This document shows positions 1 through 13,650 of a stretch of 64,000 nucleotides of DNA, in pieces. Every line of letters starts with the position of its first letter. Position 1 is the first letter of the stretch. The stretch covers positions 129,854 to 193,853 of the forward strand of contig MNCI01002748.1 of the NCBI GenBank assembly GCA_015680685.1. Direction: 5' to 3'. The position numbers were made by a program, and so were the translations under genes. A model generated the notes under the pieces. It did not search any database and was not told where the DNA came from. It saw nothing but the letters and a program-made list of their open reading frames with translations. The stretch is from Gnetum montanum (taxonomy: Eukaryota; Plantae; Gnetophyta).

Positions 1-110
1 TTTCACGCTGCTATAGGGTTCACCCTACTACAGGGTTTACACTGCTACAGTGTTTACGCTGCTATAGTGTTCACGCTGCTACAGTGTTCATGCTGCTATA
101 CTACCGCTAT
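1..110. repeat. Minisatellite, about 6 copies of a 17-bp unit (TTCACGCTGCTACAGTG), upstream of gag in the Tat/Ogre-like element
   Basis: Direct reading: repeated ttcacgctgcta(c/t)ag(t/g)g units. Confidence 0.85.
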
Positions 111-596
111 AGTTTTCTTTTGAACAAAAACACACAAAACACATCTGTTTCAAAGCCGAATTCACCACAATTGGCACCTAACATCAAGCTGGTCTAAGTA
201 CTGACTGCCACCAACATGGATCACCTTGCCCAAGCACGCATCACCATGGAATCATCCCAAAACTCCAGTACACGCGCCTTCATAGTCCCCACACAAGAAT
301 AGTATAACTACATCTGTGTGAAGATTTAGGCCAACCTTCCCATTGAACACACAGAACAGGAGGCAAAATGAAACTTTGAGCGCATATACATGGGAGGTCA
401 TGAATTCACCCCCTATGTATATGACATCATCCCCCTTTCTGAGCCTCACCACCAACTCATCTCTTAGCTCCTTCTAGCAAGGAGCCAAAACTCACAGCAA
501 CCCACTGAGGAGCCCCAAAACCAACATGCTGTAGATGACTTTGAGGCATAATCTGAACCTAAGGATTCATACCACACCCTCAGCCCCCATGCCTAC

Positions 597-3400
597 GTGA
601 ACCCATCATTCCATCCTCGCATGGGACAGACAGCCCCTCACCAAGTGTCAATGAGCACACAAGCACCGGTGTCCCGACATGGACTACCCACATCCACATC
701 CACCCAGTACATGCCACCAGTGCAAACGCATGGGGCCACTATGGTCACATCGGCCCCACACATTCAGGGTATCACCCCACAGTTAGTGGCTAGACAAGGA
801 ACCACACCCCTTGTTCAACAACCCACTTACTTTAGCGCATCACACCCTACAATCCCAACTCTGAACGTTGCTCCAAAACAGCAATTGATGACACAATCTC
901 CCCAACCAACTAATCTACCTACCGCTCAAGAGTGGGTAGAAGCAAAACAATGGATGCGAATGTTAGCTGATGAGGTAGAGCGCCTCAAAGCTACCAACAT
1001 TGAAGTAGTTAAAGTACTAGACTTCTACCAGGATGATCCAATTAGCTCTTCAGTGCCATCATTAGCTTTACCCAAGGGAATCACACTCTCATAGTTAGCC
1101 AAGTACAATGGGAAAGGAGATCTGAATGCTCACTTAGTTACATTTCGATCCGAAACTCTATTGCTTCACGCTTGGCCCCACGTAATCCTACGTGTGTTCG
1201 CTATGTCCTTAATGGGTGTAGCCTTAGATTGGTACTGAGCCTTATCTCGTAACTCCATATTCTTTTTGGAGGATCTGTTATACCAGTTTGTTACCAAGTT
1301 TAAGTACAACCTGAAGCCTGAAGCAACACTAGACACTCTAATACAGGTGAAACAAGCACCACTTGAGCCTGTGTAGAAGCTCATCCAACGATGGAGTACA
1401 GCCCTTAACGAACTTCATGAGCCCATCCCTAAAATGTATTTGCTTACAATTTTGAAGGGATCCATGAATGACTTCATTAAGTCAAAAATATACTACCTAA
1501 GCACTCAAACATTGAGCCAAGCCTTCACATAGATCAAAAACATTGAACAAGCTGCACAAGCCAGCAATGACCCTGCCTATGTGGCTTATAAGAACCAACA
1601 TGTTGCCAAACAACAAAAAACAACAAAAACTGTAGCCGCAAGCACAAAAACAAAAAACACCAATACCAACCCACCTACAACAATAGGGGCCACCCCAAGG
1701 CCCAACTTTCAGTGCAAGGATCGCTCAAAGTACGCACCGCTACCTGCGCGACCCTCTGAACTACTAGAGCAACTCCTTAAAGTTAGGCAAATCCAATACA
1801 AACATGTAATGGAGAATGCTCACTGCTGACATGATAGGTACTACGAGCTACTGAGGAACCCCACCTTAGCAGCACCAAATGAGCCCCTGGTTCCACGACA
1901 TTTCAAGTTGGACCAATTCTGTCATTACCACCAGATGTTTGGTCACAACACTGACACCTGTCGTGCGTTACAGGATGATCTACAAGAAATGATAGAGCGG
2001 GGCCAACTCAACATCAACACCCTAAATCAACCCAGCACAGACAATGCCCCCTATGTTATAAACTCCATTGGCATAGATAGTAAGCCTAAAACTATGCACC
2101 AACCTTTTGTGATCCATGTTCCTCCCAGCAAGGCAACAATCCCCTCCGCCTCCACGAGCAAGGGGCCTCCCATCATCATCAAGGTGCCACCTAGAGCATC
2201 AACGATACCTTTTGTGCTCAAGGTACCACCACCTCACATGTCTGCTAAGACGTTAAACTAGCAAGATTCAATGCAATCCCGAACACCAAAGACACCCTTT
2301 GTGATCAAAGTACCACCACAGTCATTCGCTAAGACGTTAAACCAGCATGATACACCAACGACAACAGCAAGAAACCTTTCATTATCAAGGGGCCACAACA
2401 AGCTAGTCAAACAACAATGACACCTCCTAAACTACCATTTTTCATAAAGGTGCCACCATGCGATGGGCCCTCACCTACCCTGAGCCCAACCGTAGGCAAC
2501 GTCTCAACCTCTCATCCCTCAAGAGTCAACCTTGCCAACAACATGGATAAGCCTACCAAATGGTAGCAGAATAGGACAAACGAACAACGAATAACACCCA
2601 TAGCCCAAACAAAGGACACACCTAGTATACAACAACTAAACACTGGGGGCCCTGCCCCTAATCCCAAACAAACCAGGCCCAAGCCCTCGACCCATACAGA
2701 GGCAACCAACATAATGGCAAACAACACAGACTTTGTAGCTACACTGGCCTAGGTAAAACAAACGCTCAAACAAAAGAACACAACCATGAGCTTGTACGAC
2801 CTGGTCATGACATCATCAACCCATTGCGAAGCCTTAGCACAAACATTAGCATCCATTCCTGTTACAGAAGACATCCCTGCTAACATAGAATCCATCCGTA
2901 CAATGATTTCACAACTCACACCACAAGGATTGGGTTCAAACACCTTAGCCTTCTACAACAATGTAGTTAAAGTCAACCCTGAACGAGGGGAGGTCACAAT
3001 AGGTCCATTTTCGATTAGCATATGTGTTGGGCAATGTACCATTCGCAGAGTGCATGTTGATGATGGTGTAGCAACAAACGTAGTTCTATACTCTGTCATC
3101 GACGAACTAGGCATGGCCGACGAGATCATGCCAACAGAAGCCATGTGTTTAAAATCCTTCAACGGATCACGTGTCACAGTTAAGGGCACAATCAACTAAG
3201 CCTTTGTGGCAGGAGAACAATTCCCCACTAGCACAGAATTCACTATCATAGAAGAGATGCCCAGTTTCAACATGATTCTTGGTAGACCTTGGCTAGCACA
3301 ACAACGAGCCATTTCCTCACCGATACATCAAGAAATTCACCTTCCATACGAAGGTGGAAAAGTGATCTATACATGGCAAAAACACTCCCTTTCAAGCTGA
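597..3400 (+). pseudogene. gag: Disrupted gag-aspartic protease polyprotein
   Basis: Retrotransposon-gag core KYNGKGDLNAHLVTF...FAMSLMGVALDWY (about 1100-1240); Tat/Ogre-type FCHYHQMFGHNTDTC...LQEMIERGQL (ORF 1908-2261); about six PFxxKVPP-type linker repeats; protease IRRVHVDDG...FNMILGRPWL (ORFs 2786-3199, 3206-3400); in-frame stops and frameshifts. Confidence 0.85.
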
Positions 3401-3889
3401 CCACGACATAGACATGTCATAGGTCTTGAAAGAGGAGCCTCTTGAAGCAACACACATGACAAAAAATGCAACACCTAGAGCCAAAACGCCTGAACGAGCG
3501 GCAACAACTGACACAATATTTAAAGCTAAAACGCCTGAACGAGTGGTGAAAACCATAAGCCCCAGTGGAGCCTAAGCCTAAAATGCTTTCAAAACCACAT
3601 CCGGTTAGGAGACCACTCAATCAAGACTCCCCTGTGGCCAAAAACACATCTTATCCCCACCCACTCTTCACCTTTGTTGATTGTGCATACGTCACCTTTT
3701 TTTGCATTGTACTAGCTTACGCATTTACATGTGGCCTGAAAAGGCCTTAAACTACCACCATTTTGCATTGTTTTCTATTTACTTGTGCATTTCAGTTCAT
3801 GTTTTCTATAGTTGCTATTTAACATTGTTTTCTCTAGTTGCTTTTGTTTACAGGATCATACAGATGCACACGCATGCATCCACACAGAG

Positions 3890-4225
3890 TAGTCCTGGCA
3901 TCATGACTTAAAACTGATACCACACAACGTCCAGGAATCATGACGGTAAACTGATACCACTGATCGTCTTGGTGTTATGACGATAAATTGGCACCACAGT
4001 TCGTTCGTAATGACAATAAACTAGCACCCATCCGGTACGACATTAAACTGCCATAGTTTTATTCACCAAAGTCCGCTAAGACTATAAACTGGTCTATCTC
4101 TCCACAGTCCGCCAAGACTATAAACTAACAATGTACCATCCGCTACGATGCTAAACTGGCAACGTCCAATGGGTTATGACATAAAAATAACCCACGACAG
4201 TCCACTAAGACTATAAACTAGCAAT
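3890..4225. repeat. Degenerate tandem array (about 30-37 bp units with a GAC..TAAACTG core) in the element 3' UTR
   Basis: About 10 recurrences of (at/aa)gac(n)taaact(g/a); 3' UTR tandem arrays are typical of Tat/Ogre elements. Confidence 0.7.
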
Positions 4226-5509
4226 ATCATCTCTGGCACATTCATCTGCTACTGTAACTCATGACATTTTTTCATCAATACCTGCTGCATCATTCATCAC
4301 ATCGACTCTGGCAACACTATGGCTGCTCATTTTGCTTGCCTTATGTTTCACATGGTGCCACCGTTTGCATTGGCCACATTCATGTCTAAAGTGTTTACTA
4401 ACTCATTCACTTGTGGTTTTCTTGTCTTCTTAGAGTTGTGTTTGCAGGATGACACCCAATGATGCTCGTACACAGATACAGTTCATCACAGTGACAAGGT
4501 GCCACATTGTTTCTAACGCATGCAACCAGGTTAATTAATCTATTAAAAAGTACATTCCCAGTTCCCAATACATTCTCCATTTTCCCAACACTCTCGTTCC
4601 CCTTCCTACCTGGTTACAGTTCCCAGATACACTCGGTACACCCCGAAACATTAAGCACACCGCTGCACACTGCAACAATCTTAAGTGGTTGCAACACATG
4701 ACATGGCACTTGAGCATGAGTAGAAGATCAAAATAAAGCTCATTTCCACAAAAAAAAGAGAGGAAAATATCAAAGAGCAAAGAGCAAAATGAACCACAAG
4801 ACTCTTGGCACTTCCCATACAAATCACAGATGGGAAGGCAGTTGTCTTGGAAAGAAGTACTCATGTCTCAAACCATCATGTTACACCTCACTGCGTGGTT
4901 TTGGCTGTTGGACAATGGGTTCCCTTAAAACTTGACACAAGGGTCCTGTTTCTCCAAAGAACGCACCACCTCATTGCATGTCTTTGGCTATGACAATGAA
5001 TTCTCTTAAACATGATACAAGAGTCTCGTTCCTCCAAAGGACGATTTTAGCCTTGCACAAGAACAACATGAGTTGTTTGCACAAGATGAACATTCCTCTC
5101 CCACACTAGCACAATCCCTTGATCAATTCCCAATCCCACAATTGTAAACACAGTGCGATGAAATCTAGCCAAGTGCTAAAGGACAATGCTTGCTCCGAGT
5201 TTGCTTGTGGTGTTTTGTACTTCTTTGTCGATGCCTCTCAGGTCGATTCCTCCAGACGTCAACAAAGAGGGGCCAATGAAACACCACAAAAATTTTGGCT
5301 AACACTTGTAGACAAAAATTGAACTAAGTCATGTTGGTCCTCAGCATGATCAAGCTTGAAAGCCTCAAATATAGCATCAAATGAAGTTGAATCAAGCAAG
5401 TAAAAGTTTCCTAACATCCATTGGAGACTACAACAACATCTAGCGACAAGAATTGCAAGTTTCAAACTCAAAACACTTAGTTTTGACTAAGTATATTTCC
5501 TACCATAGG

Positions 5510-6420
5510 CCTGCACGCCTAGCGTGCAGCCAGCGTACAACAACTTTTGGGCCCCAAAAATGAGCCAAAATATGCAAGAATTGAGTGTCTGGACCCCCAG
5601 GACCTTCCCCAAGGTTCCCAATAGCTCTCAGGTACTTGAAAATCAAATTTTTGGCTCCAAATGATGGTCTTTCATTCTTGCATGCCCAGTGTACACGCCC
5701 AGCGTGTAGCCAGCGTATAGCAACTGTTGGGCCCCAAAAATGAGTCAAAACATGCTAGAATTAAGCGTCTGGACCCCCTAGGACCTTCCCCAAGGTTCCC
5801 AATAGCTCTCAGGTGCTTGAAAATCAAATTTTGGGCTCCAAATGATGGTCTTTCATTCCTGCATGCCCAGCGTACACGCCCAGCGTGCAGCTAGCGTACA
5901 ACAACTTTTGGGCCCTAAAAATGAGTCGAAACATGCTAGAACTAAGAGTCTAGACCCCTAGGACCTTTCCCAAGGTTTCCAGTAGCTCTTAGGTACCTGA
6001 AAATCAAGTTTCAACCTTGAAATGATGCACTTCTATGACCTGTACGTTGAGCATACATACTCTGCACGCCCAGCGTGTAGCCCAGCGTACACCACCATAA
6101 ATGGCCCAAAACAAGCATCAAAGGGTAAGATTTTCACCTAAAATCAACTTCTAGAGGTAGGGAAAATATTAGGCATCATCATGGGTACCTAAAAATCAAT
6201 TTTTAACCTCGAAATGATGCATTTACATGTGTGTACGCTGAGCATACATACTCTGCACGCCCAGCGTACAGCTCAGCGTGCACCAACTTTTGAGCTCCAA
6301 AAACTCCTTCAAACAGGCCAGAATTGAAGCTCTAGACCACCTATGACCTTCCCAAGGGTCCCCAGAAGCTCTTAGGCACTTGAAATTCAATTTTTGGGCT
6401 CCAAATAATGGACTTTCATG
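5510..6420. repeat. About 180-bp tandem units inside the LTR (three well-conserved copies plus derived ones)
   Basis: Units cacgcc(c/t)agcgtg...gggcccc/taaaaatgag...ccaaggtt(c/t)cca...aaatcaa repeated at about 5515, 5695, 5875 and 6255. Confidence 0.85.
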
Positions 6421-6612
6421 CCTGTACGCCGGCATGTAGCATGCTGGCATCTTGTACGCTGGCATGCAGCACGCTGGTATCCTATACGCTGGCATCCTGC
6501 ATGCTGGCATCCTATACGCTGGCATCCTATATGTTGGCATGCAACACGCTAGCATCCTGTACACTAGCATGCAACACGCTGGCATCCTATACACTGGCAT
6601 GCAGCACGCTGT
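6421..6612. repeat. 15-bp minisatellite (CCTGTACGCTGGCAT / GCAGCACGCTGGCAT), about 13 copies, inside the LTR
   Basis: Direct reading; produces the spurious MPAY/TLAS repeat ORFs. Confidence 0.9.
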
Positions 6613-7309
6613 ACAGTTGTAATTTTCAATGCACTCGGACAATGCAGCGACATGTCATTCGACCTAAAATCCTCTCACCCACGGCCACTCATACCCTTCT
6701 AGATCTGAATCCAATGCCCAAGAAAACCTCATAAAAACCCCAATTTTCACTAGATCGGGGTTGGCAATTTTGGGCAAATCAGAGACAAAAAAAAAAGAAA
6801 AGAACCAGAGACACTTAGAAACTAGAGAAAAAACCCTGTACGCTGGACCTCAACCCTACACGCTGAGCATACAGCCTTCACGCTGTGCCTGCAGTTCAAA
6901 CTAGCACACCATCATCCCTCCACATCCACTAGGGCTCTTCGTCTACCTTGTGTCAGATCCACAGCTGCTTTCAGACTGGTGCACTATAATCTACATTATT
7001 TTCACAATAAAGTTTGCTTTATCCCTTGTTAAGATCTGTTATAGTTTGCATCCATTTTTGTTCGCATTCATGTATATTTTCTTGCACGTTTATATCCTAT
7101 TTTACATTTATCGCATTGTTTCTGCAGAACCCAGCATATTGCACATCAGCATACGTTGGGGAAGTCCTCGTTTGATCCACGTGTGGACCATTCAAGGCAC
7201 TCTATCTTCGTCCATTCCAGCTTGCCCTCAAGCCAAGGTAGAGTCTTTTGTGCCTGTCTGTAGATCTCTTGGTGTCTGTTTCATTCCAGCCTTGCACCGA
7301 TGATTTCAG

Positions 7310-8020
7310 ATAGTACACATACAATGGTTGTCCTCAATGCAAGACACAACCAATGAAGAATCTCTTTCACAATCTAGAACTCTCAACTCATAAGCAAGTC
7401 TAGAACACAAAGGCTAATACACAATATAATTGACTTTAGAGTTGCAACCTCTATGCACTCACTCAATGTGCTCTCTCTCTTTCTTCTCCAAGTTTAACAC
7501 AATAACTTACATGAAATCTCATCTTTGCATCATTTTACAAGCATGAAAAACCAACCATATTTATTAAGAAAACAAAGACAAAAACCTAAGGAAATATTCC
7601 ACAAGCTCATCTTGGAGTTTTCATCATGTTTCTATCTTTTTCCACCTTCTTCCAATTATCTTCCAACTTGGCATGGTTAATTCTAGAATTTTTCCAGCCA
7701 TATGGATCATCTCCACTCTTCTTAGGTCATCTTTGGAAAATATCCAACATTGATGAGAGATTTCTCCTAAGAGTGGAAGACATGTCCTCTATGGATGAGA
7801 TGTCTCCTTTGTCGATGAGATGTCTACTTTGAGATGTCTTCACTTCTAGGAAGACATCTCTTATCAATGAGAGATGTCTCCTACAAAGACTTCATTCTTG
7901 GTTGAGACATCTCTTGCATGTTCCATATGCCTCTTGTTAATTTACAACTCCTAGAAAAGACATTTCCTTGACCTCTAAGACATCTTCATAGAGCCCAAAA
8001 CCTATAAAACTCACACATAG
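7310..8020 (-). mobile_element. Degenerate LTR fragment related to the chromovirus LTRs (GAGATGTCT/AGACATCTC motif array)
   Basis: Same short motif array as the LTRs at 8760-8920, 13800-13990 and 39700-39960; termini not resolved. Confidence 0.45.
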
Positions 8021-8920
8021 GGAAGAACAAGAGGATCATAAGAGGTGTTGCTACACCACTCTTGCTAGATATGAAGTACACATGTGTTGTGAATGTGGGC
8101 AATTGGGATATATTTAGAAGAACTACTCGAACTATTTCTTTTGTGGATATCTAGGATTTCAAGCTAGAGATTGCTTGAAGTAGATAGTTAGTGAAGAAGG
8201 TGGATAACTACATCAAGGTTAGTATGATTTGTTTTACCTTTCAAAATACACCAAATGTAGAAATTATACCAGAAAATTTAATTACTAAAGAATAAGAAAA
8301 CTAGATATCTTCTATTAAAGCTAAAAGAAATAATAAATATAATGGAATCATATTTCCATAGAACCAAAACACTCAACAATATTTCAAATCATGAGGTTAT
8401 ATAACCATACACACGATCGACCTTAATGTAAGGCATAATTAATCGAGATCTCTTCCTTAATAGGATCAAGATTTAAACATCAAGAACTATGGTGAATACC
8501 ACCATACATGACTAATCAAATAGATACACATAATTCTAATGTAATCACTCTTGCAACTCTTATGTTAAAACATGCAATACAAACATAGTATTTATCAAAC
8601 ATAAAGCTAGAACCCTAGGGAAATCTTCCTTAGATTGAACTTAACATTTTTGATTATTTTCCATCTTGGAACTACCACATTGAAACTTTTCATGGCCAAA
8701 TGAGATGTATACAAGCTTGACAAAACATATCTCTAATAACTCTGGCTTACAAGAATGTTATTTACATTGCTAGTAAGATGTCTCCTCTAGAGATAAGATA
8801 TCTCCTCTACCAACAAGATATCTTTACCAAGATGTCTTCAATAATATGAAGTCTCATCTATCAAACTAGCTTTTGGGCAAGACATCTATACTATTGATAA
8901 GATTTCTTCTCTAACATCTC

Positions 8921-10180
8921 TTGATGTTTTAGTATGTCAAAACCTTGAAAAATGGAGAATATGGAAAATGTACTTGTGGATCTTGTAGGACTAGATAAGG
9001 ACTAAGGCAAGAGCATGAAAAGAACTTGAAAAGATAAGATAAGGACAAGAGATTAATGAGATCAAGAAAAAGAGCATTGATGGGATGGGACAAGAGCATG
9101 ATATGATCGAGACAATAGTTTAGATGGTATTAAGACAAGAGTTCGGGACAAGAGCTTAGATGGTATCGAAAAGAGATTGGCACAAAGATCAAGTTAAAAT
9201 CAAGATAAGAGCTAAGTTATCAATCTGAGATGATAAAGTATTAATTGGAAAACAAATATGAAAGATGTTAAGTATGCACAAAGGCTAAATGAAGATGCTC
9301 TAATATTTTCTTAGACATTCTAAAAGATCAGAAAATGTTCCAGTGATAGAGCTCAAGTTTCAAGTTAGATGTTCCACAAAAGTAATAGAAATCCCAGTTG
9401 CACTTGAGACGTTCCATCTAGGATGTCCCATGTGACACATCCCAATTTTCAATAGGACATCCCACTTGAAAACACAAAAAATTAGTGAGATAGCCCAAGC
9501 TCAAATGGGATGTCTCAACTAGCCATTTTCTAGTTGTTGCATGAATCCCAATGATTATTTGACAAGGATAGAGGCTATAAAAGAAATAATATCTATGGAA
9601 AAAGGACAAGCATTATTCATTAGAATATTCATTCATTGTATAAATCTTGTGAGTTGATTTTTTCCTCAATTCTCTATCTTTTGTGAGTTGTATTTTTTAT
9701 TGTGAGATTTTCAAAGCAAGGAACTTGTAAAGTATAGTTAGATTCTCTCCTGATTTTATTCTTCCTTTGTAAGCCTTGTGGGATTGATGTGCTTCTTGTG
9801 AGAAGGCATCTATTGAGCTTATTAGGACCTCGTGGGGTTAAGTATGTTTCTTGAGAGAAAAAACTCCATGTAGAGCTCATGTCATTGTAAAGGTTGTGAG
9901 ATCCTTGAAACCATATTTTGAACTTGTTGGGATCTTGCGGGGTTGAGTGTGTTTGTTAAGAGAAAACAATCCTTGTGGAGCTCAAACTTTATAAAGAGTA
10001 TGATTTTCTTTAAGTCACATTATTGAATGAACAACGTCTAGAGGTGTGCAAGGATTCTACTCTTTGAGTGTGGAAATACCCAAGTTGGGGAACCATGCAA
10101 ATTTAAATATAGTTTTGATTTTCTTGGTTATTCAAATTATAAAACTTATTCAACCACCCTTCTAAGTTCTCAATTTTCAA
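8921..10180 (+). mobile_element. Solo LTR, probably Copia/Sirevirus type, inserted in the inverted LTR of copy A
   Basis: Absent from the homologous position in copy B (about 39868); ends CTTATTCAACCACCCTTCTAAG..TTTCA like Sirevirus LTR ends; ATCTC duplicated on both flanks. Confidence 0.6.
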
Positions 10181-10629
10181 TATCTCATATCTCAAGCAAA
10201 ACATCTCCTATGACATCTTAGCTCTCAAGAAAGATGTCCATAAAGGTCCAAAACATCTCTCAAGCTATCTGAAACATTCATTCTTATTTCTATAGGGATG
10301 GAAAGATGTTCAAAAGAGGTGTCCCTATACAAGCTTTTCCATCCTTTAAAAAAAGTAAACTAAGGTAAATAAAGGAGTAGGGGTAAAATTGATTCCCTAC
10401 TTAATAATTTTGGTCTAATGTATCCATACAACATCATCAGCAGTTTGATCTTTCCAATGGATCAAGTACTCATGCCTCTTCACTCCACCAATAGTAGAAG
10501 CTTCACTCTTCTTAAGTATAATTATCTTTCTCTCTTGTAAAGGGTTAGACTTATTAATAGCCTTCTTCAACTTATTGATGTTTCCATGTATGATTTCATC
10601 ATCTACCAGCACATGGTAATGCGAAATAT

Positions 10630-13600
10630 CTACTATAATTCTAATAATGCTGCAAAAATTGATGAAGAAAGGAATGTGTGGAGTGTAGCTAAACTAGATG
10701 GAATGCATGTGTTGGTTTCTATGATAGCTAAGTAAGTGAGGTAGCAAAACTTACTTAATGTTTTCTAAATTCTACTTAGGAAGAAAAAATATATTAGGAA
10801 ACATGATGAGGCTGATTTTGATTTTTTGGTTGTATCAATTGTTACTTCTAATCATGATGTTGTGGAGGTATATCTTCTAGCAAGTATACTAGGCTTGAAG
10901 GAGAAATTTTCCAAGGTTTTTAATGGGGAATTAGATGGATTACAACCAATATGGAATGTTTAGTCTAAATTGAATTTATCCTTGATGCTACCATTCCAAA
11001 AAAGAGATCATACTAGATGGTATTAAATCAGTAGGCTGAATTGCAAAGATAAGTAGAGGAGTTACTTGTGAATGGCTTAGTGAGGGAGTCAATTTCTCCT
11101 TGTGTAGTTTAAAAAGTGCTTATGCTAAAGAAGAACAGTGAAGAATAGAGAATGTACAATGATTCTAGGGTTATGAAGAGGATAACAGTAAGGTATAGGC
11201 TTTCTATTCTAAGAATGAATGATATTCTTGATGTCATTACCAATGCAAAGGTTTTTAGCAAAATTGATTTAAAGCTTGGTTACCATTAAATTTGGATTAG
11301 GCTTAGTGATTAGTGGAAGACAAATTTTAAGATATCAGATGGATTTTTTGAGTGGTTGATAATGTCATTTGGGCTTACAAATACCCCTACTACATTCATG
11401 AGGTTGATGCATGATGTCCTCAAAGATTTGATTAGTAAGTATTTTATTATCTTCTTTAATGATATTTTGTTGTACAAATTTAATGATGAGAACTTGAATT
11501 ACTTGAGGATAATGTATCTTAAGTTATAGGAGGCACATTTGGTGATCAATGTGAAGAAGAGTTACTTCTTTAAGAAGGAGATCACATATTTGTAACATGT
11601 AATTTCTAAAAATTAAATTTGAATGAAACTACCAAGGTAAAGACTATTAGAGATTAGTGAACTCTTAAAAATGTTAGGGAGGTAAGATCGTTTATTGGTT
11701 TAACAAGTTTTTTCAAAAGGTTCATAGAAAATTTTAGTAATATTTCATGACTTATGTTTTATTTTCTTAAGAAGAATCAAGATTTTAGGTCAGGTGAGGA
11801 GACCCAAAGGAGCTTTGACTTATTGAAGGAAAAAATATCTAGTAAATTGTTAGTTGTAATACCAAATTTCCATAAGCTTTTTCAAGTAGAGATGAATACA
11901 AGTGGACATGCCATTGGAGGGGCACTTTCACAAGAAGGAAGATCTATTGATTTCTTTTTGGAAAGGTTAAATGAGTCAAGGTAGAAATATAGTATGCATG
12001 AGAAGGATTTGTATGCTATTCTTCAAATAATCAAGCATAAAAAACATTATTTGTTGCCCAAGTAGTTCACTTTGATGATTGACCACAAAGCACTTTAATA
12101 TCCTAATTCACAAAAGAGATTGAATGCTAAACACATGAAGTGGATGATACAATTATTGGCATTCAATTTTGTGCTCAAGCACAAAAGTGAAAAAGCTAAT
12201 GTAGTGATATATGTATTTCCTCAGTTGCATGTGGTGAATTTCAACATGCCTTATGTGGAAGGTATGAGTGGTTTTGTTAGTTTGTATGAACATGATTCAA
12301 AATTTGAATAGGCTTGGAGAAGTCTCAAAGAATCATTATTTGGTGGGATAGACCAATGGAGAATATATCATATTTAAAATAAATTGTTATTTAAGAATGG
12401 GCAGGTTTATATTTCCAATTGTAATTTAAAAAAAATTGGTTGAAAAACATTGTAGTGGAATGGTAGGTCACATGGGCAAAGATAAGTCATTGGAACTAGT
12501 GAGTAGGTACTATTTTTGGACTAGAAAAACCTCCAAAGTGTTGAAATTTATGAAGAAGTGTTTGACATATCATGAATTCAAGGGAGGTAAAGGAGTTTAT
12601 GGACATTATATGCATTTTCCAATCCCCAAGGGTCCTTAAGAAAGTGTGTCAATGGACTTTGTATGTGGGATTCTGAAGACCAAAAGTGGGCACAATGCTA
12701 TCTTTATGTTAGTGAACATATTCTTCAAGATGGAACACTTTATTGATGTAAAAAGATAAGTGATGCATCTCATGTTGTAAATTTGTTTGTCTAGAATGGG
12801 ATTCCTTTGAATAGTATTGGTGATAGAAACTTCAAGTTTACTAGTCATTTTTTAATGTACCTTTGGAAAATTTTAGGAACAAAGTTGAACTTTTCTAGTG
12901 CATATCATCCATAGTCTAATGGCCAAACTAAAATGATCAATAAATCTTTGTTAAATATTTTTATATGTTTATGTGAAGGAAATCCTAATTAGCAAGAGAA
13001 TTTGTTATATCATGCTGATTTTTCCTACACTAATGTTTTTTGTGTTGCTATTGGGAATAGTCCATTTAAGGTTAAGTATGGCTTTTATTCAAAATGGTGG
13101 CTAATATTAAGAGCTTTGTTCAAGAAACTCAATTTAGTGTATATTTTAAGCAATAGATGAAGGCTCTTCATGCTCAAGTGAAGGCTCTTCATGCTCAAGT
13201 GAAGGCAAACCTTAGGAAGAAGGCTGAAGAAATAGTCATTAAGAGGAAGCACAAATTTACTATTGGTATCCTTGTTTTGGCTCACTTAATGAAGAATAAG
13301 TTTATAAGTGTCTATTTTTTAAAATTGAAAGTAAAGAGGATGGGTCCTTTCAAGATAAATGCCAAAATTAATGACAATGCTTTTGAAATGGACTTACCAA
13401 GAAATGTGGATATGTCTTTTGTTTTTAATATTATAAATCTTGTGCATTACCATGGACTGGTAGATGATGAAATCTTATAGGGAAACATTGATAAGTTGAA
13501 TAGGGCTATTAATAAGTCCAAGCCTTCACAAGAGAGGAAGGTAATCGTACTGAAGAAGATAAAAGCTTTCAATACTTGTGGAGTGAGGAGGCATTAGTAC

Positions 13601-13650
13601 TTGATCCATTAGAAGGATCAAACTATTGATGATGTTATATGGATCTATAA
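10630..13650 (+). pseudogene. pol: Decayed Gypsy pol: RT, RNase H, integrase, chromodomain
   Basis: RT AKVFSKIDLKLGYH...FEWLIMSFGLTNTPTTFMRLM...FFNDIL; RNaseH FQVEMNTSGHAIGGALSQEG; integrase GHMGKDKSLELVSRYYFW, SMDFVCG; KRMGPFKI; chromodomain YLIH*KDQTIDDVIWI; many stops. Confidence 0.9.

Larger units (their letters stand above)
1..7308 (+). mobile_element. Ty3/Gypsy Tat/Ogre-like LTR retrotransposon, non-autonomous (gag + protease only); 5' end lies outside the window
   Basis: gag motifs, protease motifs, tandem-repeat-rich 3' UTR, PPT AAAGAGGGG at 5264-5272 followed by an LTR starting TGAAACACC at 5277; no RT/RNaseH/integrase motifs between 3400 and the PPT. Confidence 0.75.
5277..7308 (+). 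repeat. 3' LTR of the Tat/Ogre-like element (about 2 kb)
   Basis: Begins TGAAAC just after the PPT; ends ..TTTCA at 7308 (alternative end TGTTTCA at 7283). Confidence 0.65.

Noticed and set aside
3890-4225. Repeat-spacer-like array considered as CRISPR
   Set aside because: Degenerate tandem units in a plant retroelement UTR, with no unique spacers and no cas genes
6223-6734. ORFs with MPAY/TLASY repeats (139 and 108 aa)
   Set aside because: Translations of the 15-bp minisatellite inside an LTR
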